Positions 14,073 to 27,430 of a stretch of DNA of 64,000 nt are shown piece by piece. Source of the stretch: Eledone cirrhosa (lineage: Eukaryota). The stretch spans positions 143,902,001-143,966,000 of the forward strand of contig OZ024742.1 of the NCBI GenBank assembly GCA_964016885.1, written 5' to 3'. The notes under the pieces were generated by a model. That model was not told the DNA's origin, ran no database searches, and saw only the letters and a program-made list of their open reading frames with translations. Position 1 is the first letter of the stretch; each line of letters opens with the position of its first letter. The translations under genes and the position numbers were made by a program.

Positions 14073-14100
14073 TTATATATATATATATATATATATATGG

Positions 14101-14138
<38 letters not shown>

Positions 14139-14505
14139 CCATATATATATATATATATATGGTTATATATATATGTATATATATATATATCTGTACGTCA
14201 ATACTCATCCTTTTTCCATTCAGAAGGTTTTTTTTTAAATCCCAACTAACAGACTAATTCTATTTAGTCAAATACGACGTAACCACATGTTACTACCTAA
14301 TATATATATATATATGTGTTTATGTGTATATGTGCCTCTGCCTGTATGTGTGTGGGTGAGTATTCATTTTGGCATGTCATGTGTTCGTGTATTACATTTT
14401 AAACAACCTTAACTATGGAATGAAATCTTAAACATAACGAAATAATATTATGAGAATTCATTATTTCCACATGTCCCGATAGGTTTTATCCTGATCGAGT
14501 ATTTG

Positions 14506-14899
14506 TGTATCGGTAGAGCGTCGGACAAAATGTTTTATGGCATATAGTTACGGCATTTTGCATGCTGAGTTCGAATCCCACCAATGTCAACTTTACCTTT
14601 CATCTTTCTGGAGTCGATAAAATGAAGTACCAGTTAGTACTGGCGTCGATTTAATCAACTTTACCGTCCCCTCAAAATTGTTGGTCTTGTCACTTATTTA
14701 GAAAACATTATTATCTGGATTGGCAGTATCGGTAGGGGGTCGGCGCCATGCTTTCCAGCATAGTTACGTTCCTTAACGATCTGAGTTCAAATCCCGCCGA
14801 GGTTGACTTTGCCTTTCATCCTTACGGGGTCGATAAAATAAAGTACCAGTAATGCACTGAGTAATTGCTGGCCTTGTGCCAAAAGTAGAAACAATTATT
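14506..14899 (+). mobile_element. Two head-to-tail SINE family A copies
   Basis: Older copy 14506-14706 followed by a younger copy 14717-14899. Confidence 0.85.
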
Positions 14900-15136
14900 A
14901 TCGTTTATTTATAGCAATAGTTGATTTTCGGCCTAGTAGACACAAGGCCAACAATTTTAAGTCAATCAAATCGACCCCAGTACATTACTAGTACTTTACT
15001 TTTATTGACCTCGTCAGGTAAAGCAGGTCCCGAGGAACGCGGTCATATACTTTTTCATGGTCGAAAAAATAAGAATATACCTCTTGCCACATTTGAACTG
15101 TTTAATTGCTCATGTGACCTCAGCCTCTGAGAGATT

Positions 15137-16610
15137 AGTCACCGTTCCCAGATGCACCTCATGTACATCAGATATCGCTGTGATCGGGTTTAGGAGATCA
15201 GCAAAGTATTCTCTCCTCCTTGGAGGATGCACCTCTCTGAAGAGAAGAGAACCCCAGACGCGTTCTTGATAGGTGTGGAGGAGAGCTTCTTAATATGAAG
15301 TTGGTGGATGGTCTACCAGAATACTTTATTTTCTGATCTGAAGTCGCATTCCAGCTTAACCCCAAAGTCCACCCATGGACGCCTTTATTATCTCTGCTGC
15401 GATTTTTCGTGCCTGCTTGTACCGCAAGTGCAAGGAGGACTTATTTCCAAACCAAGCTTTGTAATCCCCCTTCTTTGCTCGGATGACATCTCTGACCTCC
15501 TGATTGAACCAAGGGGTCCTCCTGCCATTCGGCGCCACACCAAACCGCTTTTGCCCGCAGTATTTAAGAGCTGAAGCAAAAGCTGATGATCTGAACAATC
15601 TCCACTCAGTGACAACATCTTCAGTTTTCTCAGGGTGTTCTCTGAATTTGGATGTAATAGTATCTGCATACTTAATAGTGACTTCCTTATCCACCTATGC
15701 TTCCCACTTTATCCTGTAGGTCCCCCTGGGCCTGCCAGTTTTGAGGGCTTCTTTGGTTTTAGGTAGTTTCAAGTTGCATATAACTAGATGGTGATCAGTT
15801 GTCAGTTCAGCCACTCTCTTAACACGAACATCCAGCACAAAATCGAAGATATCAGAGACAATAACAAAACCAATTATTGATCTCTGCCCTTGATCCCCCT
15901 TACACCATGTATATTCATGGATGCCTCTGTGCTGGAAGAAGGTGTTCATAATAGAGAGTCCATTGCTAGAACAGACGTCTAGCAAGGCCTCTCCATTCAT
16001 ATTTGGATTAGAGTCGCCATTCCTTCCAATCACTCCTTTCCATGTCAGGTGGTCAGTGCCAACATTGAAGTCTCCCATCAAGATATATGACTCAGTCTCA
16101 ACTACATCTAACGCAGCAGTGATTTCATCAAAGAAGGACGTGTATTGGAACACCTTGTTTGGTGCTTAAACTTGCACCACCCACCGGGACCTATTTTTCA
16201 GTCTAAGCTTCAAGAGGCAACTCCTCCCTCCTAATGGGATCCAGTCCATAACACATTCTGACAGCCGGGGGCTTGTGAATATCTCCACTCCCACCTGTGC
16301 AATCATTTCTAGAGACACGCCTAAATAGTGGAGTTTCCATCCTCCATCCAAATCTACAGTAGCAGAACCACGGAAAGTTGTGGAAATTCTGACTATATCT
16401 AGCTGGTAGCATCTGGCCTCCTCCACTAGTTCCTGCTCCTTACCTATAAGGGTTGTGATGTTCCAGGTTCCAATTGTCAAGGTTTGCTCCCTTCTGGACG
16501 CTCTTTGGGGTCTCGGGATACGCAATCTTTTTGCGTCCATCCCACGCCTCCCAGAACAGGTTGCAGGCCCATCACCAGTTTTTATGGCATGACATGGAGA
16601 CTGCAATATA
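15137..16610 (-). mobile_element. RTE-clade (Rex3/Expander-like) LINE 5' part with AP endonuclease
   Basis: TIGTWNITTLIGKEQELVEEA, ILMGDFN, TWCKG..RSII, TDHHLV motifs across frameshifted ORFs. Confidence 0.9.
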
Positions 16611-16999
16611 TTTAAGTCCTTCTACATAAGGCTTGAACGCGTCCCTTGTTAACCCGCGCGAAGGGCGATGTGTTAGGAAGTATTGTTAATTCGGTTAATT
16701 AACGGAAACATTAGAGTATCGGAGAGAATGCATTGTAATACAAGATAAACTATGCCTGAAATTTCCTAATACTATAGAAGTCACCAAGACTTGATTACAC
16801 TTCTAGCGTTACATTTATATCTAAAATTAAAATAAAGTTAATTATCAGCCAAGTAATCTTTGGAATATTGGTTTAACGCACTCATCCAGCATGCAAGAGA
16901 TGCTTGTTTCGATCCTTCACGGACATCTGCATCTACATTTTCTTCAGCTCCAGTTATTCAAATAATATTTTAGTTATCTTCACTGTAGCGATTATATTT

Positions 17000-17045
<46 letters not shown>

Positions 17046-17496
17046 GAAGATAAGCAGAACAAGTAAAATTCAACCAATTTTTCAAAATAAATAAAAATTA
17101 ATTTACAATTAAAATTAATCAAAATTAAAAAATATAATATAAATATTTACCTATTCGAGTGGCTCTTACTGTACAGTTTCACTTTGAAAAACATTAGATA
17201 TCACATGGATATTAATGGAAAAGCAAAGATCATCAGAGAAGCATTTTCCTTTTCTAGGGTTAAAAACCCCAGGAACGATAAAATATATGACCTCACTCCA
17301 ACTAATACAGGTCTGAAAGGTCGTGAAAGTGACCCATAAATACGTTGGTGTATAGTGAAGGCGGGAAATCGTAGACTTGTTGTCTATGTTTGCCACCCAA
17401 AAAATAAATTTTTAGCAGCTAGATAGAACGACAGAATTTTTTCTCTACATAATCGGAGAATAAAGTGTAAGGTTAATATATCTGATATTAACCTTA

Positions 17497-17500
<4 letters not shown>
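17046..17500 (-). mobile_element. PLE pLTR fragment with hammerhead and terminal 16-bp-arm hairpin
   Basis: Flanked by (CA)n/(TA)n and (TA)n; hammerhead 17162-17242; hairpin agtgtaaggttaatat/atattaaccttacact at 17464-17500. Confidence 0.7.
17162..17242 (-). ncRNA. Type I hammerhead ribozyme motif (PLE type)
   Basis: Minus strand: gcttct-CTGATGA-t-ctttg...caaag-t-GAA-ACTGTACAGT-A-agagc; palindromic helix III, GUA cleavage triplet, helix I with one bulge. Confidence 0.75.
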
Positions 17501-17556
<56 letters not shown>

Positions 17557-17558
<2 letters not shown>

Positions 17559-17775
17559 GATATATTAACAAATGGAAACTATATTTATAAAACCATATTT
17601 ATTTCATTATACATATTTCCTTGAAATATGTATAATGAAATAAATATGGTTTTATAAATATAGTTTCCATTTGTTAATATATCGTATTTTTACTCCAATA
17701 ATTTGTTGAGTGCTTTATATCAGTTATAAAAATATTTGCTTGTTGTATCCCAACAATTTTTAATAGAACTTCTAC
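17557..17775 (+). mobile_element. (TA)n-flanked element with 63-bp-arm perfect terminal palindrome
   Basis: 17557-17619 is the reverse complement of 17623-17685; then actc..gttgagtgcttt motif; (TA)n on both sides. Confidence 0.85.
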
Positions 17776-18204
17776 ATATATATATATGTATTATATGTGT
17801 ATGTATGTGTGGTGCGTGTGTTCCCGTCCATGTTTGTAATTATGTCCCGTAACTTAACAGTCCGACAAAAAACGGACCGAAAAAATTTGTATCTGACTTG
17901 AAAAAACAAGTACTGCGTCGATATAATGGACTAAATCAAGGCGATGCCCCAGCATGGCCGCAGTCTTATGACTGAACCCAATAAAAGAATATATATATAT
18001 GTCCCAATATATATATATATCCCAAGGCTCTGATACCATCAACACTATACACACAGAGCTGGCATATCTAAGAACTGACTAACTGCCTGATGAGGTCATC
18101 CAATTGACTTATGTTTCGTCGCTATATATATATATATGTATATGTATATATGTATATGTATATATCTATATCTATATCTATATATCTATATATATATATA
18201 TATA

Positions 18205-18502
<298 letters not shown>

Positions 18503-18561
18503 CACGTTTGGTGCATTGGTGTCACTTTGACAGCACATACAACTGCCGTACTAATAGCTAC

Positions 18562-18835
18562 GTGGAGGCACGTGGCCTAGTGGTAAGAGGGTTGGACTTA
18601 CGATCATAATGTCGTGGGCTCGATTCCTGGGTTGCGTGTTGTGTTCTTGAGCAAAACACTTCATTTCACGTTGCTCCAGTATACTCAGCTGGAAATGAGT
18701 ACCAGCAATAGCTGGAGGTTTAACCCTGCGATGGACTGGCGTCCTGTCCCGGGGAGGAGTCTTGTACTCTCAGTCGCTTCACGCCATGAAACCGGGGATA
18801 AGCACCGGCCAAATGAGCCTTCTGGCTTAAGACAG
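18562..18835 (+). mobile_element. tRNA-derived CORE-like SINE, family B, with 12-bp TSD
   Basis: gtggcctagtggta A-box, ggctcgattcc B-box, gtgttcttgagcaaaacacttcatt core; TSD actaatagctac at 18550-18561 and 18836-18847. Confidence 0.9.
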
Positions 18836-18889
18836 ACTAATAGCTACAGGATGCTTAAACATCGTCATTATCATCACCACCCCCAGTAA

Positions 18890-18926
<37 letters not shown>

Positions 18927-19580
18927 TAGCAGCAATATTAATAGTAGCTTCAGGATATACAGTAGCAGTAGAAGTAGTCGTATTATCGTTTCCCCAACAG
19001 CAGTAATAAGAAAAACAGCGGCAAGTAGCTGCACCAGCAACATCAGGTGCATTTCCTTTAATACTATTACTACAGATATTACCACTTTCAGGAGGGTGGG
19101 GGGTGGGGGGTGGGGGGTAAAATTGTACTGCCACATCCGTCATTATCGTCGTCATGATCATCACGATCATCACTTACAGTAACACTACTACTAACAACGT
19201 TACCAATACCTCTAACACCAAAACCACCATCAAAGATATTACAGCTACAACGACCAAATGAGGATGATTTCGCTGCTATTTCTAGCATACTCCTATGAGG
19301 TAACTCAATTTCCTAGAAATAGTAGACAAATCTCCCTCAAACGACACTCTTTAAAAAGGAAAGATTCGTAGGATTGGACAATGTACTATTTCTGACACAG
19401 CCGGGTGGTCGCCGCACAAGCAGGAATGCTTTTGATGGCAGATCAATCAGGGCTGACCTAGGATATATAATTATAACACTTGTTATTATCACTATAACTA
19501 CTATCATCTAAAAACCACCAGCACTTATACTAGTAATATCAACCAGCAACAAAACTACTACCACCACGACCACCACCACC

Positions 19581-19611
<31 letters not shown>

Positions 19612-19982
19612 CATATACCACCACCACGACTGGCACTGCAACTACTACCACCTACAACATCGACATCACTACCACTACCACTACCAATACCACTACTATC
19701 AAGAAAACAAAAAAAAAGCTAATGAAGGAGCCTCTGCGTGTTTGTCGCGATCCGCTAAGATCAACAGTCAAGTTCCCTCAACCCAAGTCCTAACAGTGTA
19801 AAAACAAAAGACCACATTGGACAATATAGTTCTAGATATACAAAAGTGGGATGGTCATAGCTGGAACACCTCTCATGAATATTTTTAGTCAATAAGGATG
19901 CTTTAGTGGTATCTCAATCTGCTAGAAATAGCAGCCAAATCTTCCTTATCTAAACCTCGTTTACCTGAACCTCTGAAATGTA

Positions 19983-20285
19983 GGCCACTTCTTGACCACC
20001 GTCCTACTCACCACCATCGGCACGGAGTTGGCTAGCCGCAGGTGTGAGCCTCGTGAGCTGGGTTGGCTTTTCCAGCGCGTCTCCCTCACCTTCTTCCGGG
20101 GAAACACCCTCTCTAGTCTGTCCTCCTACTGGCCAGCGGGGCGGCCAGGTGGAGGACCCCCCCCCCCGCATTTGCTCATAACAGTGAGAGATGGGGAGAG
20201 TGGGAGAGTGGGAGAGAGAGAGGGAGGCAGTGACAGCGGGAGTTTGGTTCCATTGTATTCAGACCTGGTGTATATGTATATATGT
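19983..20285 (+). mobile_element. CRE-like non-LTR retrotransposon 3' end
   Basis: LLTTIGTELA..EPRELGWLFQRVSLTFFRGN (restriction-like endonuclease C-terminus); 3' UTR shared with 53480-53880. Confidence 0.75.
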
Positions 20286-20799
20286 ATTTACTACACTATA
20301 TTAATACACCGGTAAAGAGAAACTAAAGAGAATTCCTCATGTAAATCAGGATAGACTATAGGGAAATGCACGAATAATAAATAACTAAACAAAATTGGTG
20401 GAAAACATTCACCTATACTTCATCTTTCCAACTATAAAAATATTGGTGAGAGATATAAAGATAGATGGTATAGTTACAGCAGGATTGCTTTTGATGATAT
20501 AATCTACTCGGTTTGGGCTACTTTGGGCCACTAAACAACGACGATGACTACCACCGCCACCACCACCACCACCACCACCGCCACCATCACCACCACCACC
20601 GTCATCACCACCATCACCACCACCACCACCACCGCTACTCCTCACTATTCATATTACTCAATGCAACATTGTAGTGGTAGATTCATCCAGACTTACTTAA
20701 GCTCAAACAGCTCACCAGTCCTAAGTTCGACCTTTGCGACCTCACGAAGATTCATGGAACATAAATTGGCATCTGCTGCTCTAAATGGTTTCCTATCAT

Positions 20800-21200
20800 T
20801 TGAAGGCTGAGATCTTTGATACTTTCATCCTACCAGTTGTGTTATATGGTCTTGACTGTGTTAATTGGACAACAAGGTCACTTCAGAAGCTCTCTACATT
20901 CCAGAACCACATCATGAGACTTATGACTGGCCAGCGGCTCAGCGATCGTATCTGTATCAGTGAGCTGCTCAACATTACCAAACTTAGACCAATTACATCA
21001 ATTGTCAAGTCAAGAGTACTCAAACTATACGGACATATAAAAAGATCAACTCGTGGTGTGAGTAGGTTATGCCTGGAAGGAAGGTTGGCTGGTAAGAGAA
21101 GTAGAGGCCGGCAGACAAAATGATGGCTTGACAATGTCTGGTAATCGAACTTTGTGGAGAGAGATATCACATGTTAATGAGCAGTCTGCAACTGGCGGAG
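20800..21200 (+). mobile_element. RTE-like LINE 3' fragment
   Basis: ILPVVLYGLDC..LKLYGHIKR..LEGRLAGKRSRGR. Confidence 0.8.
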
Positions 21201-21878
21201 TTTAGCGGTACAAGAAGCTCTAGATGGTAATTTAATCTGCTGGAAATAACACCCAAATATACCACAAATCAAACCCTAGAAAAGAACATAATGTGGTTCT
21301 GGATTCTAGGGTAAAATAGGGATTGTCACGGCTTGAATAGTTTCATTCAAAAACAGACCAGAGTTGACCTGGAGATAAACAACACCACCACTGAAACAAC
21401 ACCACCCCTATCATCAGCGTCAGTGTCACAAGCATCACCGCCATCACCACTATCATCAACCGTATAACCACCACCACTTGTACTACTATCATGACTCCCT
21501 CTCACCAGTATCACCACCGCCATCACTGTGACCTATACCTCCTCCATCGCCAATCTCTTCTCCATTTTCATGCATCAGTTAAGCTAGAGTCAGATATTGA
21601 TGAATCATGGATTTGAATCCCACTGGATGGTAAAGGTGGAATAGAGTGAAAGAACGATAAGGAAACAACAGAAGCAGCAGCAGCAGTGATGAGAAAGATT
21701 ACTACGGTAGTGGGAGGGGGGATATAGGATCGATGTAGAGAGGGTTGAAAGAAGACTAAGAAAGACAGAATGAGAGAGCGGGATAAAACTAGAATGTCAT
21801 GTAGTTAAAAATAGTAAAACGAAATACTATAGAGAAATTAGAAGAGAGACAGAGAGAGCGCGAGAGCGAGGGAGAGAG

Positions 21879-21947
<69 letters not shown>

Positions 21948-22066
21948 AGGTAGGGAGACGGGACGTAGAAACGAAAGACTACGAGATTGACACATATATA
22001 AAACCTTTCTGACAATTTCATGATCGAATGAAAAAATACTAGTCTTGTTAAACTAATTTCTCAATG

Positions 22067-22118
<52 letters not shown>

Positions 22119-22150
22119 ATGTATGTATTTGTATACATATATATGTAATT

Positions 22151-22989
22151 AAGTATACGTACATACATATATGTATACAGACGTACAGTAGTATGTATAT
22201 ATATATATATACATTCATGGACACATATATATATGTACGTATGGATTCACCGAACATTTATTATAATGCTCGGTGTGTTTGTAAACAAACATCCCGAATT
22301 AAGCCGTACAGTGTCTAGCAACCATCGTTGCTCATTTGTTCAACACTGCATATTCACGGCTGAGCAGCCTAATTTGCATATCGAGTGAGTTAATCGGCCG
22401 GGCGTGCCGAAAACGATAAACGAAAAGAAAAATAACAGTCGTACTAAGAGTGAGAAATGAAATTTCGTTTCGTTTCGTTTCGTTTCATCGTTTCGTTTCG
22501 TTTCGTTTCATTTTTTTCCGTTTATCGTTTTCGGCACGCCCGGCCGGTTAACTCACTCGATATGCAAATTAAGCTGCTCATCCGTGAATATGCATAAGGA
22601 AAGTATATACTTTCAGACGTTCAATCATCTGGCAGGAAGGTATACGTTGCTGACGATAGCTAATAAGCTTGAAACTAGTACAGCGTTCCTTTGTCAGTGT
22701 TGAACAAATGAGCAACGATGGTTGCTAGACACTGTACGGCTTAATACGGGAGGTTTGTTTACAAACACACCGAGCAATATAATAGATGTTCGGTGAATAC
22801 ATACGTACATATATATGTGTGTGCATGTATATATATATATATATATATATATACATACTACTGTACGTCTGTATACATATATGTACGTACGTATACTTAC
22901 TTATATTTAAGTAACTAAGAGTGAGAAATGAAATTTCGTTTCGTTTCGTTTCATCGTTTCGTTTCGTTTCGTTTCGCTTCATTTTTTCC

Positions 22990-22991
<2 letters not shown>
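22151..22991 (+). mobile_element. PLE pLTR with direct repeat and a large inverted 5' arm
   Basis: 22151-22431 is an inverted copy of 22511-22898 minus 102 bp; actaagagtgagaaatgaaat(ttcgt)n repeated at 22443 and 22914; hammerhead inside; TA-rich flanks. Confidence 0.8.
22644..22686 (+). ncRNA. Minimal type I hammerhead ribozyme motif
   Basis: acgttg-CTGACGA-t-agct-aata-agct-t-GAA-ACTAGT-A-cagcgt: 6-bp helix I, 4-bp helix II, palindromic helix III, GUA cleavage after 22680. Confidence 0.85.
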
Positions 22992-23039
<48 letters not shown>

Positions 23040-23040
<1 letters not shown>

Positions 23041-23493
23041 TAACTCTTTTCTCTCACATTCTCGGCCAAGCTGGTCAGAATTTTTTCTCTCTCGTCCACG
23101 ATTTCACAGAACTTATGTTTACCGAATTCGCAGACCAGACCCCTTCTTCCTCCCGTTAGACCTGTGCGAAATTCCTTCCTTGCTCACATTTCAACCAGGT
23201 TTGATGGTCTTTATTCTCTCGTTCACGATTTCACCGAACTTAAATTCATAGAAATCTGGGACTTGTCTCCTTATTCCTCACTTTCTGTTGCCTCACCATT
23301 TTGTTTGTTTACCCTCGCGTCCCCTTTATTTACGTGTCCCAACGACTTTTTTTAGCCGTTGCTCGCACCAACCGGAGGTATATGGTCTTTAAAGCGATGA
23401 AATACCTATGATAGTTGGAAGATCACTGATGAAGGACAAACTTTTTTCATATGTAACCCATTTGCAACTCCGCAGCGCCCTTATTATCATATT

Positions 23494-23495
<2 letters not shown>
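23040..23495 (+). mobile_element. PLE pLTR-like fragment in (TA)n
   Basis: Homologous to 1390-1620; CTGATGAaggac half-motif; (TA)n on both sides. Confidence 0.55.
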
Positions 23496-23543
<48 letters not shown>

Positions 23544-23770
23544 CATATTATATTAGGTATACATTATATTAGGATCGAAGTTGCAGCTGCCATATTTCAG
23601 GTACTACTTGAGTGGTTTCAGGCAATCACAAAGGACTCGGTAGAGCAGCTATGTTAATACATTACCGTCCAGAGAAAACAATGCAGTTCAAAAGTATGAC
23701 ACCAAGAAAACGACAGAAGGCAGTGGCCATATATATATACCACAACAATGATAAATACAGAAAGGTGATA

Positions 23771-23801
<31 letters not shown>

Positions 23802-23802
<1 letters not shown>

Positions 23803-23990
23803 ACGAAGGAAATATGGTAAGGAACCAGGTGGACCATAACGCACCAAAGTACTCAATACTTGGGGTAGTAGAGTGGGTAATAGGAACCAGTAAGACCCCG
23901 ACGGCTGAGCTCAAGCCGTTTCGACGGCTAATTCCGGCCAGAATTAGCCGTCGAAACGGCTTGAGCTCAGCCGTCGGGGTCTTACTGGTT

Positions 23991-23992
<2 letters not shown>
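23802..23992 (-). mobile_element. Family P1 copy 4
   Basis: P1 body then inverted repeat 23883-23992; (TA)n flanks. Confidence 0.9.
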
Positions 23993-24024
<32 letters not shown>

Positions 24025-24026
<2 letters not shown>

Positions 24027-24218
24027 AAAAGAGTCAGGATCCCGACGGGTGAGCTCCGGCCGTTTCGACAGCTAGATCCGGATCTAGCTGTCGAAACGGC
24101 CGGAGCTCAGTCGTCGAACTTCTGACTCTTTTTCTATTATCCACTCTACTACCCTTAGTATTGAGTAGTCTGGTGCGTTATGGTCCACCTGGTATCTTAC
24201 GACACCCTCTTTGTTGTT
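24025..24218 (+). mobile_element. Family P1 copy 5 (divergent subfamily)
   Basis: Inverted repeat 24025-24134 centred on gatccggatc; diverged P1 body; head-to-head with copy 4. Confidence 0.85.
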
Positions 24219-24544
24219 ATATATATATAGCCCTCCCTCTCTTCTCAGCTATCCTTCAAGGTGGACGCAAATTCTTTCTGTCTACACGTGGTCTGTATTT
24301 GTCTTATAATTTTAACGACTAGCTGTTTGATCTTAGTATTACAATCCCACTTTGATCCCGTTTGTCTATGAATTACTTGCCTGATTGTATGTGCATCGTC
24401 CACATAATAGTGTGTGTGTTATGCTGTTCATTTTTTTCCCGAACAACGCCATCGTAATTTGGACGTATCGGCTGACGAGCTGAATCTTTCCTCGTTATCG
24501 TTGTTTGTCATGTTTCTCCGTTTTTTTTTATTTCCTCTTAGTTC

Positions 24545-24838
24545 GTAGTTTCTCCAATTTACCATACGTCTCATTACATTTTAGGAAAAAGAAAATCATG
24601 GTGGAGAAGGATGTGCTGCCTTTCAACCAATTTGTTGCAAGGTGGCTGTCAGTGACGAGCATGGCACGAGTGAATGGACCTTCCATGAGGATACGCCTGT
24701 AGATTGAAGGACAACTGAGATGGGACACTTTTCCTAGTGGTCGGGGCGACAGTGGCTTTTTGTGGGCTTTCTCCACGAGTGAAATCCGGCGTCTCCCCGC
24801 TTGAGGGAGATTTGTTACGTTGGATTTTTCAAATGTTT
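24545..24838 (+). mobile_element. Tx1/L1-like LINE 3' end fragment
   Basis: HFRKKKIMVEKDVL..FVARWLSVTSMARVNGPS matches the C-terminus of ORF 27750-29777. Confidence 0.75.
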
Positions 24839-24841
24839 ATT

Positions 24842-25220
24842 TTTTTAGACTTTGTTATTAACTTTTAATTGGATTGGCAGTATCGCTAGAGCGTCGCGTA
24901 TTAAGCTTCACAGCATAGAGTTACGTCCCTTCACGTTCTGAATTCAAATCCCACCGAAGCTAGCTTTGCCTTTCATCCTCTTTTTTAGACTTTATTATTA
25001 ACTTTTAATTGGATTGGCAGTATCGCTAGAGCGTCGGGTATTATGCTTCGCAGCATAGAGTTACGTCCCTTCACGTTCTGAATTCAAATCCCGCCGAAGC
25101 TAGCTTTGCCTTTCATCCTTACGGAGTCGATAGATAAAGCACCAGTAATGCACTAGGGTCGATTTAATTAATTTTCCCTTCCCCCAAAATTGCTGGCCTT
25201 GTGCATATAGAAGAAATGAT
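24842..25220 (+). mobile_element. SINE family A with ~140-bp tandem duplication of its 5' half plus flank
   Basis: ttttagacttt..ggattggcagtatcgctagagcg repeated at ~24842 and ~24981. Confidence 0.85.
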
Positions 25221-25638
25221 AATTATTATGATTGTTTTTCCTCTTGCCTCAGTTTTGTTTTCGCTTTTTTGCTGATTGTCTTCCTGACATCTTGGGTAAA
25301 TAAACTCACTGCATACATTGGTAAGCCACAAAAGGTGACAAAATAAGTATTATGGATTATAAAAGATATGAATTATTTTGCATTAAGGATATTTGAACAG
25401 TATGAAATATTAATTAAATTTGCTCATAAAATGAAGCAGAAAAGATTGTGTTGACATATATTACATTGACAACTATTTACGTAGTATGTGGGCGATACTC
25501 GTCAGAACTATCTTTTGGATTTCATAGATGCTATGTTTATCAAGTACGTTTTCTAGAAACCTTTGAACACCTTTCTTCTTCTTCTTCTTCTTCTTCTAAT
25601 ATATGTGCCTTGTGTCTAAATCAGAAACCATTATCATT

Positions 25639-26016
25639 TTGGCAGTATCGGTAGAGAGTCAGACGCCATGCTTTCCAGCATAGTTACGCCCCTTTACGAT
25701 CTGAGTTCAAATCCCTCCGAGGTTGACTTTGCCTTTCATCCTTACGGGGTCGATAAAATAAAGTACAAGTAATGCACTGGGTAATTGCTGGCCTTGTGCC
25801 TAAAGTAGAAACAATTATCATAATAATGTGGATTGGCAGTATTGGTAGAGGGTCGGACGCCATGCTTTGACGCATAGAGTTACGGCCCTTGCCATTCTGA
25901 GTTCAAATCCCGCCGAGGTTAACTTTGCCTTTCATCCTTACGGGGTCTATAAAATAAAGTACCAGTAATACACTGGGTAATTGCTGGCCTTGTGCCTAAC
26001 GTAGAAACAATTATCA
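25639..26016 (+). mobile_element. Two head-to-tail SINE family A copies, preceded by a 3' stub
   Basis: Copies at 25639-25819 and 25830-26016; stub gccttgtgtctaaatcagaaac at ~25607. Confidence 0.9.
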
Positions 26017-26039
26017 TAATATATGTATATATGTATACA

Positions 26040-26335
26040 TCCTAAATCTATGTGTATTAATGTTTCGAAGACTTCACAGCTTTATCGTCAGAATCAGAAT
26101 TGTCATACTTGTGGTGTATTGGTCATGATCTTAGTATGTGTAAAATGTCTTGTGTGGACGACTGATTTATGATTATTCAACTGTTGAAGCATAGCAGTTG
26201 CTATAATTGGTTTCACGGATGCTGTATCTGCGTGTTAATTGCTGGATTATATTCTGATACTGGTAGAGTCTTCATAGTTATTCATGATCTGTGCGGAATT
26301 CTATATAGAATTGTAATGTTTCCAATATAATATGC
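26040..26335 (-). mobile_element. Decayed PLE 3' end (endonuclease C-terminus plus hammerhead-like motif)
   Basis: Minus translation NITILYR...SEYNPAINTQ resembles the PLE endonuclease tail (N.xIL...P.IN.Q); CTGACGA...CGAAACAT at 26061-26091. Confidence 0.5.
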
Positions 26336-26353
26336 TTGACACACATACATAAG

Positions 26354-26484
<131 letters not shown>

Positions 26485-26581
26485 TTATTAAAATCACAGA
26501 TTAAAGTTTAAGCAAAGAATCGGTGCTTTCACCCTTATCAAGCCCTCTTCGGTTTTTAGTCTCCACATTTATTATTATTAC

Positions 26582-26622
<41 letters not shown>

Positions 26623-26625
<3 letters not shown>

Positions 26626-26836
26626 GTATATGTTGGTTGTATACCAACACCTCAGTATGCAGATTGGAGCACTCGACGAAGTGCGCAGGTTGGTTTGGTT
26701 ACTCCGGAGTAATGTAAAATAAAATAAAATAAATAAGTCAAATGTTTAAAATTTGGCTTCGTTTATTATATATAGCAGTAATAAACGAAGCCAAATTTTA
26801 AACATTTGACTTATTTATTTTATTTTATTTTATTTT
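26623..26836 (-). mobile_element. (TA)n-flanked element with ~53-bp-arm terminal palindrome
   Basis: 26716-26768 is the reverse complement of 26779-26831; minus-strand gtcgagtgct motif; (TA)n flanks. Confidence 0.8.
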
Positions 26837-26868
26837 ATATATATATATATATGGATATAGATAGATAT

Positions 26869-27370
26869 GTTTCTTTATTAGCCGCAGGAGCACAAAAGAA
26901 GGGGACAAATACAAAGGGGGAAGTTTACATACAATAAAAACGTGTAAAATATTATCACAAATACAATTTAAAAATTAGTCGATTTTCCCCAATAGGGGGA
27001 GACAGTTCATATGGGTAACACATACCCCCGAAAAAATGTGCAACCCTCATCTCCAGGAGTACGAAGAGTTTGTACTCCCTTCCTCTCCTCCTCCTTTTCC
27101 TCAACCTACAGGCTGATATAGAGAGAAGGCCCATTCACTCGGGCCATTCTCGCCACTTTCACCCACCTTTCATAAAACTTGCTGGGGTGCAGCACCTCTC
27201 TCTCCATCCTGATTCTTCTTCCAAAGTGGTATTTGAAAAAAAAGAATCAGTTGTTGGCCGGAGGGAAAGGTGTCTGACCTCAGCCTTTTTAACCTCGTCC
27301 ACCATACAACCTCTTTCGCCATAGCTATCACACAAAGGAAAACCGCCTCTCCTTCGTTTTTGAAGGAGGG
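26869..27370 (-). mobile_element. Tx1/L1-like LINE, 5'-truncated copy A
   Basis: PSFKNEGEAVFLCVIAMAKEVVWWTRLK plus 3' UTR ending ataaagaaacata; GATA repeats on both sides. Confidence 0.9.
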
Positions 27371-27393
27371 TATAGATAGATAGATAGATAGAG

Positions 27394-27430
<37 letters not shown>

